Shown: piece by piece, positions 1 to 13,800 of the stretch
Layout of the letters: each line of letters opens with the position of its first letter
How positions within the stretch are numbered: the stretch's first letter is position 1
NCBI GenBank assembly: GCA_002104905.1
Contig: MCFE01000243.1
Span: forward strand, 53,349 to 117,348
DNA length: 64,000 nucleotides
Reading direction: 5' to 3'
DNA from: Basidiobolus meristosporus CBS 931.73
Lineage: Eukaryota; Fungi; Basidiobolomycota
Position numbers and translations under genes: made by a program
The notes under the pieces: generated by a model
The model's input: only the letters and a program-made list of their open reading frames with translations
The model's database searches: none
What the model was told of the DNA's origin: nothing

Positions 1-343
1 GAAGGCGGCGGAGTGCGCCGTGTTCGATTTGAATCACATCACCCAGGCCTCCAACCTGTGCGTGGCCAGAGAGGAGCTCGTGCTGGCCATCCACGAGCTA
101 GGGGTTAGCTTCCAGAACGGCTGGGGGGTGGTGAGGAACAAGACCACCGCCGCGTACTACTTCGAGATCGCCGCCAACCTGGGGGACCCGGACGCGCAAA
201 ACGACCTGGCGTTCTGCTACCTGCACGGGCACGGGGTAAAGAAAGATCGCTACAAAGCGGCCAAGTATTACCGCATGGCCCACGCGCAGGGTATGGGCGT
301 GGTGGGAAATAGCTGGATATTCAAGGAGAAATACGACCCTTGA
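1..343 (+). CDS. Sel1-like repeat protein, 3' end (5' partial; Nif1/Dsf2/Skt5-like)
   Basis: Repeated SLR motifs (ELGVSFQNGWGVVRNKTTAAYYFEIAANLGDPDAQNDLAFCYLHGHGVKKDRYKAAKYYRMA); C-terminal GNSWIFKEKY; TGA at 341-343. Confidence 0.85.
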   Translation, partial: KAAECAVFDLNHITQASNLCVAREELVLAIHELGVSFQNGWGVVRNKTTAAYYFEIAANLGDPDAQNDLAFCYLHGHGVKKDRYKAAKYYRMAHAQGMGVVGNSWIFKEKYDP

Positions 344-963
344 CCTATTCAACATTCGCTAATACTCGTACATATCTGTCCTATATTCATTGTATTCCAC
401 TTCTTTTGTTTCATATTCGACCCAGCATTTGTATGTCATTTAATTAAACCCTTCATGCTCTCGGTAGCTAATCTCATCCCAAGTTGCAAGTGGTTGGTGG
501 CTGGTGGGGATAGATGCAAAGAAGGGGTTGGGTGCGGGTGCGGGTGTGGGTGTTGATGTGGATGTATGGGCTTCATCGTGATTCATCTACGCATAAATAT
601 GCGGAGTTGCGCGTTGCCATGGACAACGGCCAGGCAGCTCGAAGGGGAATTGATGATCACCTCATCAGAATTACCATGGATATAGGATCGAGATTGGATG
701 GAGTGGGATGAGCTAATTAAGGGAGAAATGAAATTGGCCATTCAGGTGAATTCCCTCCCACTTCTCACCACCCTCACCCACACCCACACTTCATTTGCGG
801 TAACGATTTTCCCATATCCTGACGAACCACCAGAGCCAAGTGGACCCTCCATTTACCACTCCCCAACCTTGCTGCATCCATTTGAAGAGAAATAGCGGCT
901 TGCAGGGCGAACCACCCATTCGTCGCCTCCCTGAAGAGTAAATAGAAAGCGAAGCTAACTAAT

Positions 964-3900
964 ATGGAAGTCCCGGAAATTATCCAGGTTTTGCTGGCTG
1001 ATGGAAGAGTCAAGGCGGCACTACTCACTGCAAACACCACAGCACAAGAGCTGATGACCAGTATACTAGAAGAGGCGGCCGCAGATCCATCAGAACCATT
1101 GGTCAACGAGAATTATGACCCAAAAGATTGGCTGCTCATTGCGTTACCCATAGTAACTTATGCAAACAGTAAGTGTCCACAAGTGAGATGGAGTGTCAAG
1201 TCACTGACCAAAAGTCGAACCTGAATTGTTAGAATGCTGGACTGAGGAGGAGCTTCAAAAAACCGAGGAAGGTAGGCGGCCGTTTCTTTCTTTCTTCTTC
1301 TGGCAGGTCTGTTAAGCGGGCTGGCAATTTTAGAGCGTATCGTCCGGTCGAACGCCAGAATCCTGGACGAGATCCAGCTCCTTAGTGAGTGCGGCAAAGA
1401 TAAGGAGCCTTCCACCAGCCCTTTGGTACACGACACACATGCCTTCTCTGAACATCTGCATGTGCCCAAGTTCAAGTTGGTCAACGCTAATCACACGATA
1501 CGAACCGCATTTCGGGATGTCCCGGAGATACCGGACAACTACACTAGAGATATTTACGTAACCCCAACAATGTCGGCAAAATCGGTGGTCCAATGCTTGG
1601 TCGATGAGTTCAGTTTAAACAAGGCCAAAGATAAGGAGTCGGGCAGTCAGGGAGACTACGTGCTCTACGAGGTGGTGGTATCGGAGAGTGGAGCAGAAAG
1701 TAAGCTTACAGTGATGGGATTCTTGGCGGGACCTATGGATTGACATTGATTTCAGATATCAGGCAGCTGGGGGACAACGAGCTTCCCCTGATACTCAAAG
1801 AGAAGACCTCCTCGTCGTTCGAATCGAACGCCATCAACGATTACTACTTTTACATAGGAGTCCCGGAGTCGTGGTTCTCTAGGGCAACCAGATTCACCAA
1901 GGCATATCTGAAGAGTCCGTCCCAAAGGCCCCTTTCTGTATACACATTGTTTGGCGGGTACTCCAGCGGGCCCACGTCGCCAACCTCCTCCCCTACAACC
2001 AAACATATGTCAGTAGGATCGCAAATCCCCCCGGACTTCGACCCCACGAAAGTAAAAACCTGGATCAATGGTGATCTGGTGAAGGATCGCCGTTCGGGCG
2101 TGCACGACAAATCCCGCAATTCACTATACCTGGGCGACACCAAACGCATGAGCGTGGTCAGTAGGAAAAGTCCACTCTCCCAGATGGAGCCCGGCCTGGA
2201 GGATGGAGACTACTTGGACGACATGACTGAGGAAGAGCTCAATGAGGCGTTCCTGACATTGATGGTAAATCCAGGATAATTTGATGCTTGTGCGTGATGG
2301 CTTACTAACCTGTGGTTGGTCGTCCGTAGGACGAGCTTGAGATGAAAGAGGAGCGTAGAGAAGCCGCTATGAAGATGCCCGCTGAGTCCAAAAAGATCCT
2401 GATTCGGCAGAACGAAATTAAACGGATGTCCACCGAATCGCTGATACAGTCCCCGGCGGTGAGCAGACGAAACAGCTTGCAGCAGCCGGCTGTGACCAGA
2501 TCCGAGAGCTCCAGTACTCTGACAGAATCTCGTGTCGACAGTCCCTCAGCCGAGTCTTCATCGTTCCTCTTTGAGAAGCCGGAGAAAGCCTCATCTTATG
2601 GGTTTTTCTCCTCTTGGTGGGGGCCAACCGCCACCAAGTCTGAAGCCACTCCAGAGCATTACATCGACCAGATCACCCAAAAGTAAGTCTGCCCGATGGC
2701 GACAAATCCGAGCCCCGGCTAACCCTTCCCTGCAGGAACCCCAATCTCCGTATTCTGGTCAAGGATCTTCTGGCTCTGAGAGTTACGCTGTCTACCGCGC
2801 CCCTGACGTGGATCCGGGGTTTTCTAGAGGACAAGCGAGCGATCGCTGCTTTGGAGACGCTTCTGGAGCGCAGCACCATCAACAGAAAAGGGTAACGAAC
2901 ACTTGGGGGTTTAGAAGTGGCGAGCATCAACTGAAAGCCACCATTTATTTGTAGAAACGGCTCGACCAGAGGCTCGGACGTTGACGAGGATATTCAAATG
3001 GAATGCATCCGGTGCTTAAGAGTGCTGCTAAACACAGAGGTAATGAGACCAACCACTGGTCCTGTGGGAGGCTGTGGAAACTGACTGGTTGACCTATTGC
3101 AGGCCGGATATTCCCAAGTCCTAAAATCGGAGAAGCTGACCGTATACATCACCTACTGCCTGTACACGACGAGGAACAAGCTGAGGAATCTGGTGGCCGA
3201 GGTGCTGGCTGCAATCTGCATTCTCTCCAGCAACGGACATAAGGTAGTGCTCCATGCGTTGTCCGAGTTTCGCATCGCTTTCGAGGAGAAGTTTAGGTTC
3301 GAGTATCTTGTGGAGTCATTGCGGGAAGAGGTTGAAGAGGATAACTCGGGGGCTTATGAGTACAAAACCACGTGCATGTCTTTCATCAATGCAATAGTGA
3401 ATTCCCCGGAGGACGTGGAGGAGAGAGTGATGCTGCGCGACGAGTTTGCCAGAAGAGATTTCATCAACGTTCTGAGCTCGCTCCGTAGCTCTTTGCCCCC
3501 CGACGGACTTCTGCACCAGATCGATGTGTACGAGGAGGAAATGCTGGAGGACGTCAAAGAGCTTCAGGACCTGCTCGTCTTGAAGAACTATGACCCCAGC
3601 GATCCGATGTACTCCGTAGTGGATCTACTGAAGAGGCTGGATCCGGACATGCCGATCTACGATACTGTGTTGAGCACGTTGCAGAACATTTTGGCCATGG
3701 CCAACTCCGAGGCAACCGACGAGTGGAAGTCTGATGTGTGGTCGCTATTGGGTAGATTCGCCAATCACCTGTTTTATATGGGCGATGTCCACGAGGACTG
3801 GCCTCACATCTTGAAGGAGTTTCTCGCATCGATCCAGGACATTGTCGCCAGAGACGGGAGTCCAGCCGACTCGTCAGACAGTAGTAGCCTGCACGGTTCA

Positions 3901-6541
3901 CAGAACGCCTCGGTTTTGGTTGAGGAGTTGACTGCGCAAGTGAAGAAACTTGACGAGGATAACAAGAATCTCAAGGAGGATCTCTGCTTCTTTAGAGACC
4001 TTTATGCCACCAGAAATAAGAGAGTGAAGAGTGGATCGAGTGAGCATTTTCCCGGGATTGTGAACCGGCTGCTCCATGAAAAGAAGCAGGTGGCCCGATT
4101 GACCGAGCAGATCGAAAAGATGACCAAGACCCCTGGGGAGGCCATCGATTTATCGCTCCTGGAGGATCGAAAGGGAAGACCAAAGGAGAAAGACAACAAG
4201 TGGTCGGCGATTATGGAGGAGCTAGAGAAGCAGAGGGAAAACACTGCCGAACTAACCAATCTCGCTGAGAGTAGGGCGAAAGAAATCGCCTATTTGAAAA
4301 GAGCGCTCGAGGCAGTCTGTGCTCGGTTCCACTTCAGCACGGGGAATGTGAAGCGGTTGATGGAGGAGGAGACAGCCGCAGTCGTTGCAAGTCCTTCGAA
4401 TCTGCTGATGCTCGAGGCGGCCAATGGTAGTACCACCTCTCTGAGCACCATGTTCGAGGGATTGGCTGAGAAGGAACAGGAGATCAGTAGCTTGAAGAAA
4501 ACCATTGACTCTATGAAGAAGGAGATTGATATGGGAACCGCCTATCACAACGAGATTACTGCTCTAAGAGAACAGCTGGACGAGGCTAACAAAACCATTA
4601 AAGACTTGCAAGTGCCTATCTCAGCCTCCCCTCCTGCCCCTCCCCCTCCTCCACCCGCCCCACCTGTTAGCACAACGCACATGAACCAGTCTACCGCTCC
4701 TCCGCCTCCACCCCCTCCTCCACCGGCACCTGTGCTTCCAAGCATAGCTCAGAAGGTGGCGCAGCTTCAAGCCGCGAAGCAAGTTGCATCGCACCAAGGT
4801 AATGGCATTCCTCACCCACCCCCACCCCCACCCCCGCCTTCAATGCCAGCTGGTGCAGTGCCTCTGCCGCCGCCACCACCACCACCACCACCATCAACAT
4901 CTATGGGCGGAGCACCGCCCCCACCCCCTCCACCACCACCACCAGGACCCTCCATGATCAATTCAAAGCCCGGACCACCCCCGCCACCACCACCACCCAC
5001 CATTGTTGGGTCGAGTATGACTGGATCGCCTACTACACCTACTTCGAAGCCATTGCCCACCATGCCCATGCGCCAAATATTCTGGAAAAAACTGGCACCC
5101 TATCAAACCAAGAACACGATCTGGCACAAGGTGACCTTCGAGGAGATCTCGCTGGATACGGCGGAGCTGGAGGAGCTCTTCTCCAAGCCGGCAAGTAACC
5201 CCAAAGCGAACCCCTCCCAACCAATGAAATCCCCCCAACAAAGAAAGAAACCACTGGCCACCACGCTGCTAGACATCACCCGGGCCAACAACATTGCCAT
5301 CATGCTCTCCAGAATCAAGGCCACCTACGGCGAGATCTGCAACGCGATCTTGGCCATGGATGAGAGCCTGTTGTCCATCGAGAATCTCAAATCCATCAAG
5401 CAGCACATCCCGCAAAAGGAGGAGCTGGAGACGGTGCGCGCCTACGACGGGGATCCCAGCACGCTGGGGAATGCGGAGAAATACTTCCTCGAGGTGATGC
5501 GCATCCCCAGGATGTCGGAGCGACTCTCATGCATGATCTTCAAGCGACGGTTCGAGCTGGATGTGGAGGAGTTGAAGCCGGAGCTGAAGATCCTCTTCGA
5601 GGCGGTCGCCGAGCTGAAGAAGTCCGATCGATTCTTGGTGGTTTTACACACGGTGCTGAGCATCGGGAATTTCATGAACGGGAACTCGTTTCGTGGTAAC
5701 GCCAGCGGGTACATGCTGGACGCATTGCTGATGCTGAAGGATGTGCGAGCCAAAGACGGAAACAAGAAAGGAATCCCCTCATTGTTGCATTACCTGTGCT
5801 ACCAATTACAGGAAAACAACCCCAAACTCTTGGCATTCATGGAACAGCTGTCACATGTAGAGGCAGCAGCCCGGGTTTCAGTGCCTTCTGTGGTCAGCGC
5901 TATCGAGGTTCTAGAGACAGGTCTCCAACAGGTTCAAAAAGAAGTCGAGGAGCTGACTAACCGCAAAACCGCCGATAACAGCGACAGGTTTGTCCCCGTC
6001 ATGACGGTAAGCACACGCTCCCACAGGAAGGTAGCCTTGTATCTTGTCTAACCACCACGATCAGGAATTCATTCGCTCCGCCGAGAGCACGGTCAAGACC
6101 ATCTCAGATATGCGGGTCAAGCTGGAGAAAGAGCTGAATCACATGTTAACCTACTTTGGGGAAGACCCGGCCACCACCAAACCGGAGGATTTCTTCGCCA
6201 CCATCGTGTCTTTCTCATCGGCCCTGCAAAAGGCCCATAAGGAGAATGAGGAGAGGAAGCAGAAGTCCCTGCGACGTCGCCAGAACCTGATCAAGAAGGT
6301 AGAGCCCGGGAGACTGCTGTGTGCATTGTGCATGATCCACTTACTAACCTCCACTCCACAGCCTACGGCGAAAAAGCCGCTTATGGGGCCCAAGATCATG
6401 GTCCAGGGAGAGTTCGACGACGCCATCCGTGAACTTCGGTTTGGGATCCGGCGGAAAAGAAGCGATCGACCCAAGTCCGCCGTTCTCAACGATCTCAGTC
6501 TGCTGGATAGCTTGATTAAGAAGCCGATGCATGCAACTTGA
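964..6541 (+). CDS. Multi-exon formin (N-terminal RA/ubiquitin-like region, GBD/FH3, poly-Pro FH1, FH2)
   Basis: FH3-like YKTTCMSFINAIVN; poly-Pro tracts at about 4625-5000; FH2 motifs IFWKKL, NIAIML, GNFMN, YFGED; GT..AG introns (e.g. gtaagt at about 1169 and 2683, gtaagc at about 6007). Exon borders approximate. Confidence 0.92.
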
Positions 6542-6860
6542 TTCTGAAACCAACACTCGGTTGATTGAACCACTGCATGTCACTTGACGTCACCCTAGCC
6601 ACCACCGTACCCATCACCATCACCCCAGCTCTTAACAGCCACCACCCTCACCCCAGCTCTTAACAAATACCCGTCTGCAGATCCCACCACTCGCACAATG
6701 TATATTATATTCAAGTAAATGATTACCGCAATTTGGTTGGAAAATGATGGAAACAGTAGCGATCTTCCTCTCCAGGATTGGCAATATAATACGGCATCCA
6801 TTGACCCCTTGATATCTGGCCCATAAAAAGCCCACGTCAAGCCATCACCTTCACAGCGCA

Positions 6861-7529
6861 ATGTCTCAAGACAACCAATTCCAACCTCCGGGTGGCTCCG
6901 CCTCTCGCGGTCCGTGCCCAGCGCTAAATGTCCTTGCGAATCATGGCTATTTCCCGCGTGACGGTAAGAATCTGGACAGGGAAACCATCATCAACGGCCT
7001 GACAACCGTCTACAATATTGACCTGGGCTTTGCTCAGTTTCTCGCCGACAGGGCGTTAGAGCTCCTGGGTACGAAGAATGACAACGGGAACGTGGTGCTG
7101 GAGGACCTGGAAAAGCTGTCCACCCACAATGTAATTGAGCACGATATCTCACTCTCCCGACTGGACTTGAGTCTAGGGGACAACAACAACCCCAACGCGG
7201 AGTTGGTGGAGCAAGTAAGTCAGGCTTCGAAAGACGGGTTCAGCATGACGTTTGATGACTTCGCCCAACTGCGAAGGCTCCGTTACGACCAGTGTAAGAA
7301 CAACCCGGGCTTGACCTGGAACCTCAAGCAAAAAATAACCGCCTACGGCGAGTCTGCTCTCCTACTAAACGTGTTCGGCGACGGGACTACCACAAAGAGG
7401 TCGGAGCTGGACACGCTCTTCAAGGAAGAGAGGCTGCCGGAAACGTTCGTCAAACCCGAAAAACCAGTGACGTTTAGCCAGGTGCGCTGGACTGCCTTCA
7501 AGCTACTGTTCAAGAATAGATTCAAATAA
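6861..7529 (+). CDS. Heme-thiolate peroxidase / short unspecific peroxygenase (chloroperoxidase family), intronless, no obvious signal peptide
   Basis: RGPCPALNVLANHG (PCP heme-ligand motif) and IEHDISLSR (EHD-S motif); 222 aa. Confidence 0.9.
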   Translation: MSQDNQFQPPGGSASRGPCPALNVLANHGYFPRDGKNLDRETIINGLTTVYNIDLGFAQFLADRALELLGTKNDNGNVVLEDLEKLSTHNVIEHDISLSRLDLSLGDNNNPNAELVEQVSQASKDGFSMTFDDFAQLRRLRYDQCKNNPGLTWNLKQKITAYGESALLLNVFGDGTTTKRSELDTLFKEERLPETFVKPEKPVTFSQVRWTAFKLLFKNRFK

Positions 7530-7870
7530 AGACCAGGCTCTTTCCTCACCTCCTCACCTCCTCACCTAACGACACGATGGTTGAGTCTCTTCAGTCCTAA
7601 GCCCCCCTGTGGGTTGGCATGAATGTTGACCCGGTTCGGAAAGGTATCCGGAACGATACCTTGGGATCATCAGAGATCTTTGATTCACACCCATTGTGTA
7701 CGAAATCAGGGGCCCTTTGTTAGCGTACCATATGAATTTCCATCCACCCAACTTCCCTCTTTGATCAGACAACCAGTTTGTTTGAAAAGCTGAAGTTAAA
7801 TAAAGTTCCGGTCACCAAGTTCATGTTAGCGCGCTCCGATTAGCAGTCTACCCCCAGCACCCTACTTGGA

Positions 7871-10003
7871 ATGACCCCGACCCATTTTTTCCTCTCTCTG
7901 CTTCTATTCTGGGGCTTGCTCCCCCTGGCAAGCCGGTTGCTCCGCAGGCTGAAAAAGGTGCCGGTATGAAAAGGCTTGATTTGATCGGTTCTCGTTAGAT
8001 GTGTAACCCGCCCCTCTCTTCCCTGTAGACCCAAAAAAGAGATGCGCTGCTCATAGAGGAGACCTCCCTGGAGCACGAGAACGAGAATTCCACCTTTAAC
8101 TCACGTCACCTGTTTCAAACCTCTCTATTTCAGTTCCGGTACACGACCACCTCCCTCAACGCTTTCTTTCGTAAGGTGGCCAAATGTTCGCCTACCTTTT
8201 GGAACCACTGGTTCACAGTCGGAGTTTGCTTTGGCTTGGCGGCGATGTTGTTTGGAATGGGACTGATAGCGCTGGCAAGCTGGAGAGTAGCCCTGTTGCT
8301 AGGTCAGAGATGGTTGGTAACCAGTGGGGGGATAGAGAGTGGGATCCCGAGCGATTCTATAGACCCGGAGCAGTCTGGGCAGGTGCTCATCCCTATGGTG
8401 GGTTTGTTCGTTGTGAGGTGGCTTGTGTAAGCTCTCTTAACATTTTTGCTCTGACCATAGATTCCTGGGGTGACTCTACCACTGTCCCATATGGTTTATT
8501 ACCTCCTGGCGCTATTCCTCTCGGGGCTTGTTCATGAGATGGGCCACGCGGTCGCAGCAATAGGGTATTTTGTGCACTGCAGTACTTTCCCCTCACGCAC
8601 GTGACTCAACGGTCCCCCTTCACAGAGAACGAGTGCCGGTGCATTCGTTCGGAGCATTTCTTATCTTTCTATACCCGGGCGCGTTTGTGGACATCTCTTC
8701 GCGCAACCTCGGCCTGCTAACTCCGTTTCGAAAGCTCCGGGTGATCTGTGCGGGGGTGTGGCACAACGCGGTTCTCTTTCTCATCATATGGTGCCTGTTA
8801 TCAAGCGGAGTGATTGATCTCACCTTTAGTCTGGTCGGCTGGTCAAGGATCCACCCTCATGATGGGGTGGCGGTCGCCAATATTGCCCAGGTAACGGTGC
8901 CTTATGCACAACAGCCAGCCACCATCCGCTAACTTTTTTCGGTAGGGCTCACCGCTGGCCGCGTTTCTTCCACAATCCTCCCTGATCACCCGACTTGACG
9001 ACACCCCTCTGGATGATGGGATCGACTCATGGAATCGCTTTTTATCGGGCGCCAGCCTCCCGAATGCCCGGCAGAATCGAAAAGGGTTCTGTGTATTGCA
9101 ACCAGATAGTGAAGGTAGCTCGATGATCTGCGTATCTTTATATCGTGCAACTTACGGAACTTCTACCTTCAGCGGAGCCACAGGATTGCTGCGAGATCTC
9201 ACGAGAGTACCCGTTCGGGAAGAGTCACAACGAGTCGATCAGCTGCTTTACATCGTTACTCGAGGAGCAAGGGGTTGGCGATTTTATTCTTGATGGAATT
9301 GCACATGACGAATGGATCCTCACATTGCTTTCAACTAGAATCCCGCGAGATTTGCTTGTCTCCCGTCAATCCACACCCTGACCAAAGGCCAACGCTGCCA
9401 GCACAACACGGATTGCGATATCTATCATCGGGATGGATTCACCAGTGGGAATTGCATGGTGCCGTACAATCCAGAGCTTAACGCGAAGCTACTGAGGATC
9501 TATTTCCGAGAGCCAGAGTGGATGACCGATTCGGATGACGACAAGATGGTCGTGTTCACTGGAGATTACGCGGAAGTGTGGAATACAGGTAAGTCTTAAT
9601 TGAGGGTTGATTTTATCTCGGAGACTGAATGTTCGATTGTATAGTCCGAGTTGGCGTCCTCAGACCTCGCTGGTCATTTATCCCCGCGACTCTTCCTCTG
9701 ATGGTCGATACCATTTTAAGGCGAGAGCAGAGATTGCATGTTGTGTGGAGGATTTGATACTAACAGAGTTGCTTTAGGTACATACTTTCATTCACGCTAG
9801 CGCTGTCAATTCTGAACATCCTTCCTGCGTACCATTTGGACGGACATCATGCTTTAAGTGCGATACTTACTATGATGTTTTCCGCCGGAGAAGGCAATGG
9901 GCCTAGAAGGACGGTGGAAAAAGCCGTCCTGATGGTCACCAGCTTTCTTATGGGCTGGGTGATCATTGGTAGTCTTATCTTGGTTATTCTTGGTCTGTAC
10001 TGA
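7871..10003 (+). CDS. MBTPS2: Site-2 protease (peptidase M50, MBTPS2-like), multi-exon
   Basis: HEMGH zinc motif at about 8533; CAGVWHN; LPAYHLDG motif at about 9822; hydrophobic segments and Cys-rich insert. Start codon and exon borders approximate. Confidence 0.85.
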
Positions 10004-10830
10004 AGGCAGATTTGTACATGTCAGCTATATATTCAATTGTTTATTGCCTTAAATGTAAATTCATCATTGATCCCACTCCATGGAAATCGATTCCCTTGTT
10101 CAAGTTATCCAATAATAACAATCGGAGTGAAAATTGGGGAAGCGATATGTTGGAATATTCAGAAATGCTTTGTTCCATATCGCATCAAGCCTATGTTGCG
10201 TCATACCAGGAATCCTTCCACAGCATCCGATTTTAGCCATGTTTGTAGTATTCTCGTGTGGTGCAAAGGGTCAGTATTCGGCGTAACCTTGTTTCAGTCA
10301 TAAAGATTTTGAATTTCCGTCAATGTTCATTTGGTCCAATTGGATACATTAAGCGTGGTTCCTGAAATCCACATAAGCGTAACTCTAGAAGATCATGAGA
10401 ATGAGTCTGCTCACATCATTCGCTAGTGGGGTGTGCGATGGAGACACTGCAGCGGTAATGCGGGCGCGACCATGGCTTTAAATGATGATGTCTTAGCATA
10501 GAGTGGCAAGAGGGAATTGGACTCAAGTCAAGAGTAGTATGCTTGGTGTGTGCTACGGTAGGTCAACAACCAATGGAGTGGTATGCCTCGAAATAGTAAC
10601 AATGGAAATGCATACCGCAGAAATTATATCCATTGTAAACATACAACTTGACGAAGGCTTGTATGGTGGTAAGACGCATTCTCTACCGCGGCTTCAATCG
10701 ATTAGTGGTTCATTTCACAGGGCTTGCTTGCCTTTTCCTGTCGTTGCGCTCTGTTTTTAGCCAGGGACAAAAAACAATAGCCAATTCTTTGAACTGGGCG
10801 CTGCTATTCTAAGCATGGGTAGAAGTGCTC

Positions 10831-10836
10831 TATAAA
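10831..10836 (+). promoter_or_regulatory. Putative TATA box of the NRPS
   Basis: TATAAA about 50 nt upstream of ATG 10887. Confidence 0.4.
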
Positions 10837-10886
10837 GAAGGCGGTAGACATTCGGTGGAGAATTATTCACGATCTTCCATACAAAG

Positions 10887-13800
10887 ATGTCTGAAACAAT
10901 AATATCCAATGTCACATTTTACTACCAAAGACCAGGATGTTCAGATCCCCAGAGGATTGCAGAAGTTGAGGAACCGTTTGACGTTGAACGGCTGGTCGCC
11001 GTTTTTGCTGTGCTGGGTAGCCGGTACAAAGCAGTCGCAGAAGACGAACAGGTAGTGTTGGCAACGCTCGAAGGGAGGCCAGCCGCCACCTCTCTACTGT
11101 TGCCATGTCGCGAAACACCAAGCGCCAACCTAGATGCAGTACAGGAAATCATTTCCCCCGCTTTCCGGGAAATAGCCAGCGAAGAAAGACTTCTCTTTGG
11201 GCTATGGTGGGGGAGCCATATTGAAGAATACCCCCTAGAGCAAGATAATAGATGGGGCATTAGATTTATCAAGGAGGATGGTCACTGCTCGATCATCCTA
11301 GGGTCCGAATTAATTGAGAGCGAGGAGTTGGCGAAGGTTCTTGTCAGCCATTCTGGTATTCTGCTTATTGGAGAGGCCTTCTTCTTCGAGGAGTCCCTGA
11401 TCAGCTTGTACCGGTTCGAACTGCCTGATGGGGATCTGTTATGGAAAAAAAATGTGCGTAAGCGCCAGTTCGTAGACAACAATTTGCTGCTTCATGAGTT
11501 ATTCGAGAAATCCGCCCGTTGCTGCAGAAGAAATATTGCGGTGAGATTTGGTGAATCAGCCTATCTAACATACGATGAGCTGAATAGGGATTCCGAGAAG
11601 CTTACGCTGCAACTACGACAGCTAGGCGTTGGACCGGGTACTGTGGTTGCCGTGTGTATGGAGAGATCTCTTGAGATGATTGTTGCGGTGATTGCAGTGC
11701 TCAAAGCGGGCGCTGCGTATGTGCCGTTGGATCCGTATAATCCACCCGACCGTCTGAAGTTCATGATTTTGGATTCCGGAGCTAACAGAGTGATCTTGAC
11801 CCAACGCAGTCTAAAGCGCAATTTTGAAGAGTTTGTGGACCACGTCCTTTGCCTGGATGCCTGGGAAGATACCGATTTCCCAGCAATACCGATGGTGACT
11901 CCCCGTGCCTCTTTGGATGATCTGGCGTACATCATATATACATCTGGCTCTACGGGCACTCCCAAAGGAGTGATGATTAGCCATTTGAGTGCTGTGAACA
12001 CCATTTTGGACATGAATGAAACCTTCCGAGTCAGCAGCACTGACAGTGTATTAGCTGTAGCTTCGCTGAGCTTCGACTTGTCTGTTTACGACATTTTCGG
12101 ACTGCTGGCGTGTGGGGGCACCATTGTTATCCCCGAGCCTGTTGCGAACGGGGCTCCAAGCCCTGAACAATGGTTGCGGTTGATGAAATTGCACAATGTC
12201 ACCATATGGAACTCTGCTCCACCGGTGATGACTCTTATGGTTGACTACCTATTGGAGTATTCCGAAATCCTCCACAGATCTTTAAGGTGGGTGTTCCTTA
12301 GCGGGGATTGGATCCCGTTGCGGCTTCAGGGGACCATCAAGGAGATGGTCCCGGAGTGTCAGTTGATAAGCTTGGGAGGGGCCACTGAGGCGTCCATCTG
12401 GTCGATATTTTTCCCGGTGGACAAGATCGAGCCCTCGTGGAAGAGTATCCCGTACGGAAGACCTATGACAAACCAGACCTTCTACATAGTCAACGATGAA
12501 CTTGACCATGTACCGCTGGGTGCTCCGGGTGAGCTTTGCATCGGAGGAGTGGGGGTTGCGCTCGGGTATTACAATCGAGACGAGATAAACAAGAAAAAGT
12601 TTGTTCCAAACCCATTCGCGCCTGGTCGACTCTATCGAACTGGTGACTTGGGTCGGATGAGACCGGACGGAAATATTGAGTTCTTGGGACGGATGGATAC
12701 CCAGGTGAAAATCCGTGGACACAGAGTGGAGCTTGGGGAAATCGAGACGCTTATCAATGGCTCGGAAAACGTCCGAGATAACCTCGTCATCCTCCATAAC
12801 AACAACTTGGCCGCGTTTTTGATTCCCGAAGAGGTCAACATTCCACCCATTAGGGCTGCGCTCTCAGCCGCGTTACCTGCATACATGGTTCCTTCTCAAT
12901 TTATCCCATTAAGTTCCTTTCCAATCACCCTCAATGGCAAAATCGACCGTAAAGCTCTGGTAAATATTCTGGAGCAAAGATCTAAAGAGCTTCAGAAGCC
13001 CAACATCCCTACCACCTCTGTACAGTCAAAGCTGTGCGAGTTATATGCAGCCACGCTGAACTACTGCCCCAACAGCGTTGGGATTCACGATTCATTTTTC
13101 GAACTTGGAGGCGACTCGATCTCCGTCATGCGCTTGACCTTTCTATGTCGGAAAGCTGGTTTGGAGGTAACTGCACAGCAGGTTTTCACGAACCCAACCA
13201 TCTTGAAGCTATCTTCTGTGGTGAACATGGCCCAGAAAGCCGTTGAACACACATTTGATCAAGGGGCAGTCACTGGCACTGTCCCTTTGACGCCAATTCA
13301 GCAGTGGTTCTTCGAATTGGAGCTCATCAATAGAAATCATTGGAATCAATCGTTTTTGATTCGACCCAGAGAAAATGTTCAATACCAATCCTTGAAAGAC
13401 GCTATAAATACTGTTGTGAGGCATCATGACATGCTCAGATGTCGCTTCACCGAGATGGATACCCGCTGGGTGCAGAAAATCTTCCCAATTGAGGAGGAGA
13501 TTCCTCTACTATACGAGAAAGTAGAAGGTGGACAGCTACAAGAGAGCATTCTCAGACTGCAGAGCTCCTTGAATATCTCCGACGGTCCGATTATTGCTGG
13601 TGCCCTATGGGAGATTGGCGATGAGCAGCGCATCCTGATTGTCATTCATCATTTAGTTGTTGATTTAGTGTCTTGGCGTGTTCTTTGGGAAGACTTGCAG
13701 GCAGCAATGGAAGGAAAGTGTCTTCCATCGAAGGCAACGTCGTTTAAGAAATGGTCGGAATCGTTGTTCCTGCGCGCCCAAGATATCGACCCGAGATCAT

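Noticed and set aside
4625-5000. C-rich CCA/CCT tracts as DNA repeat elements
   Set aside because: Explained by the poly-proline FH1 domain
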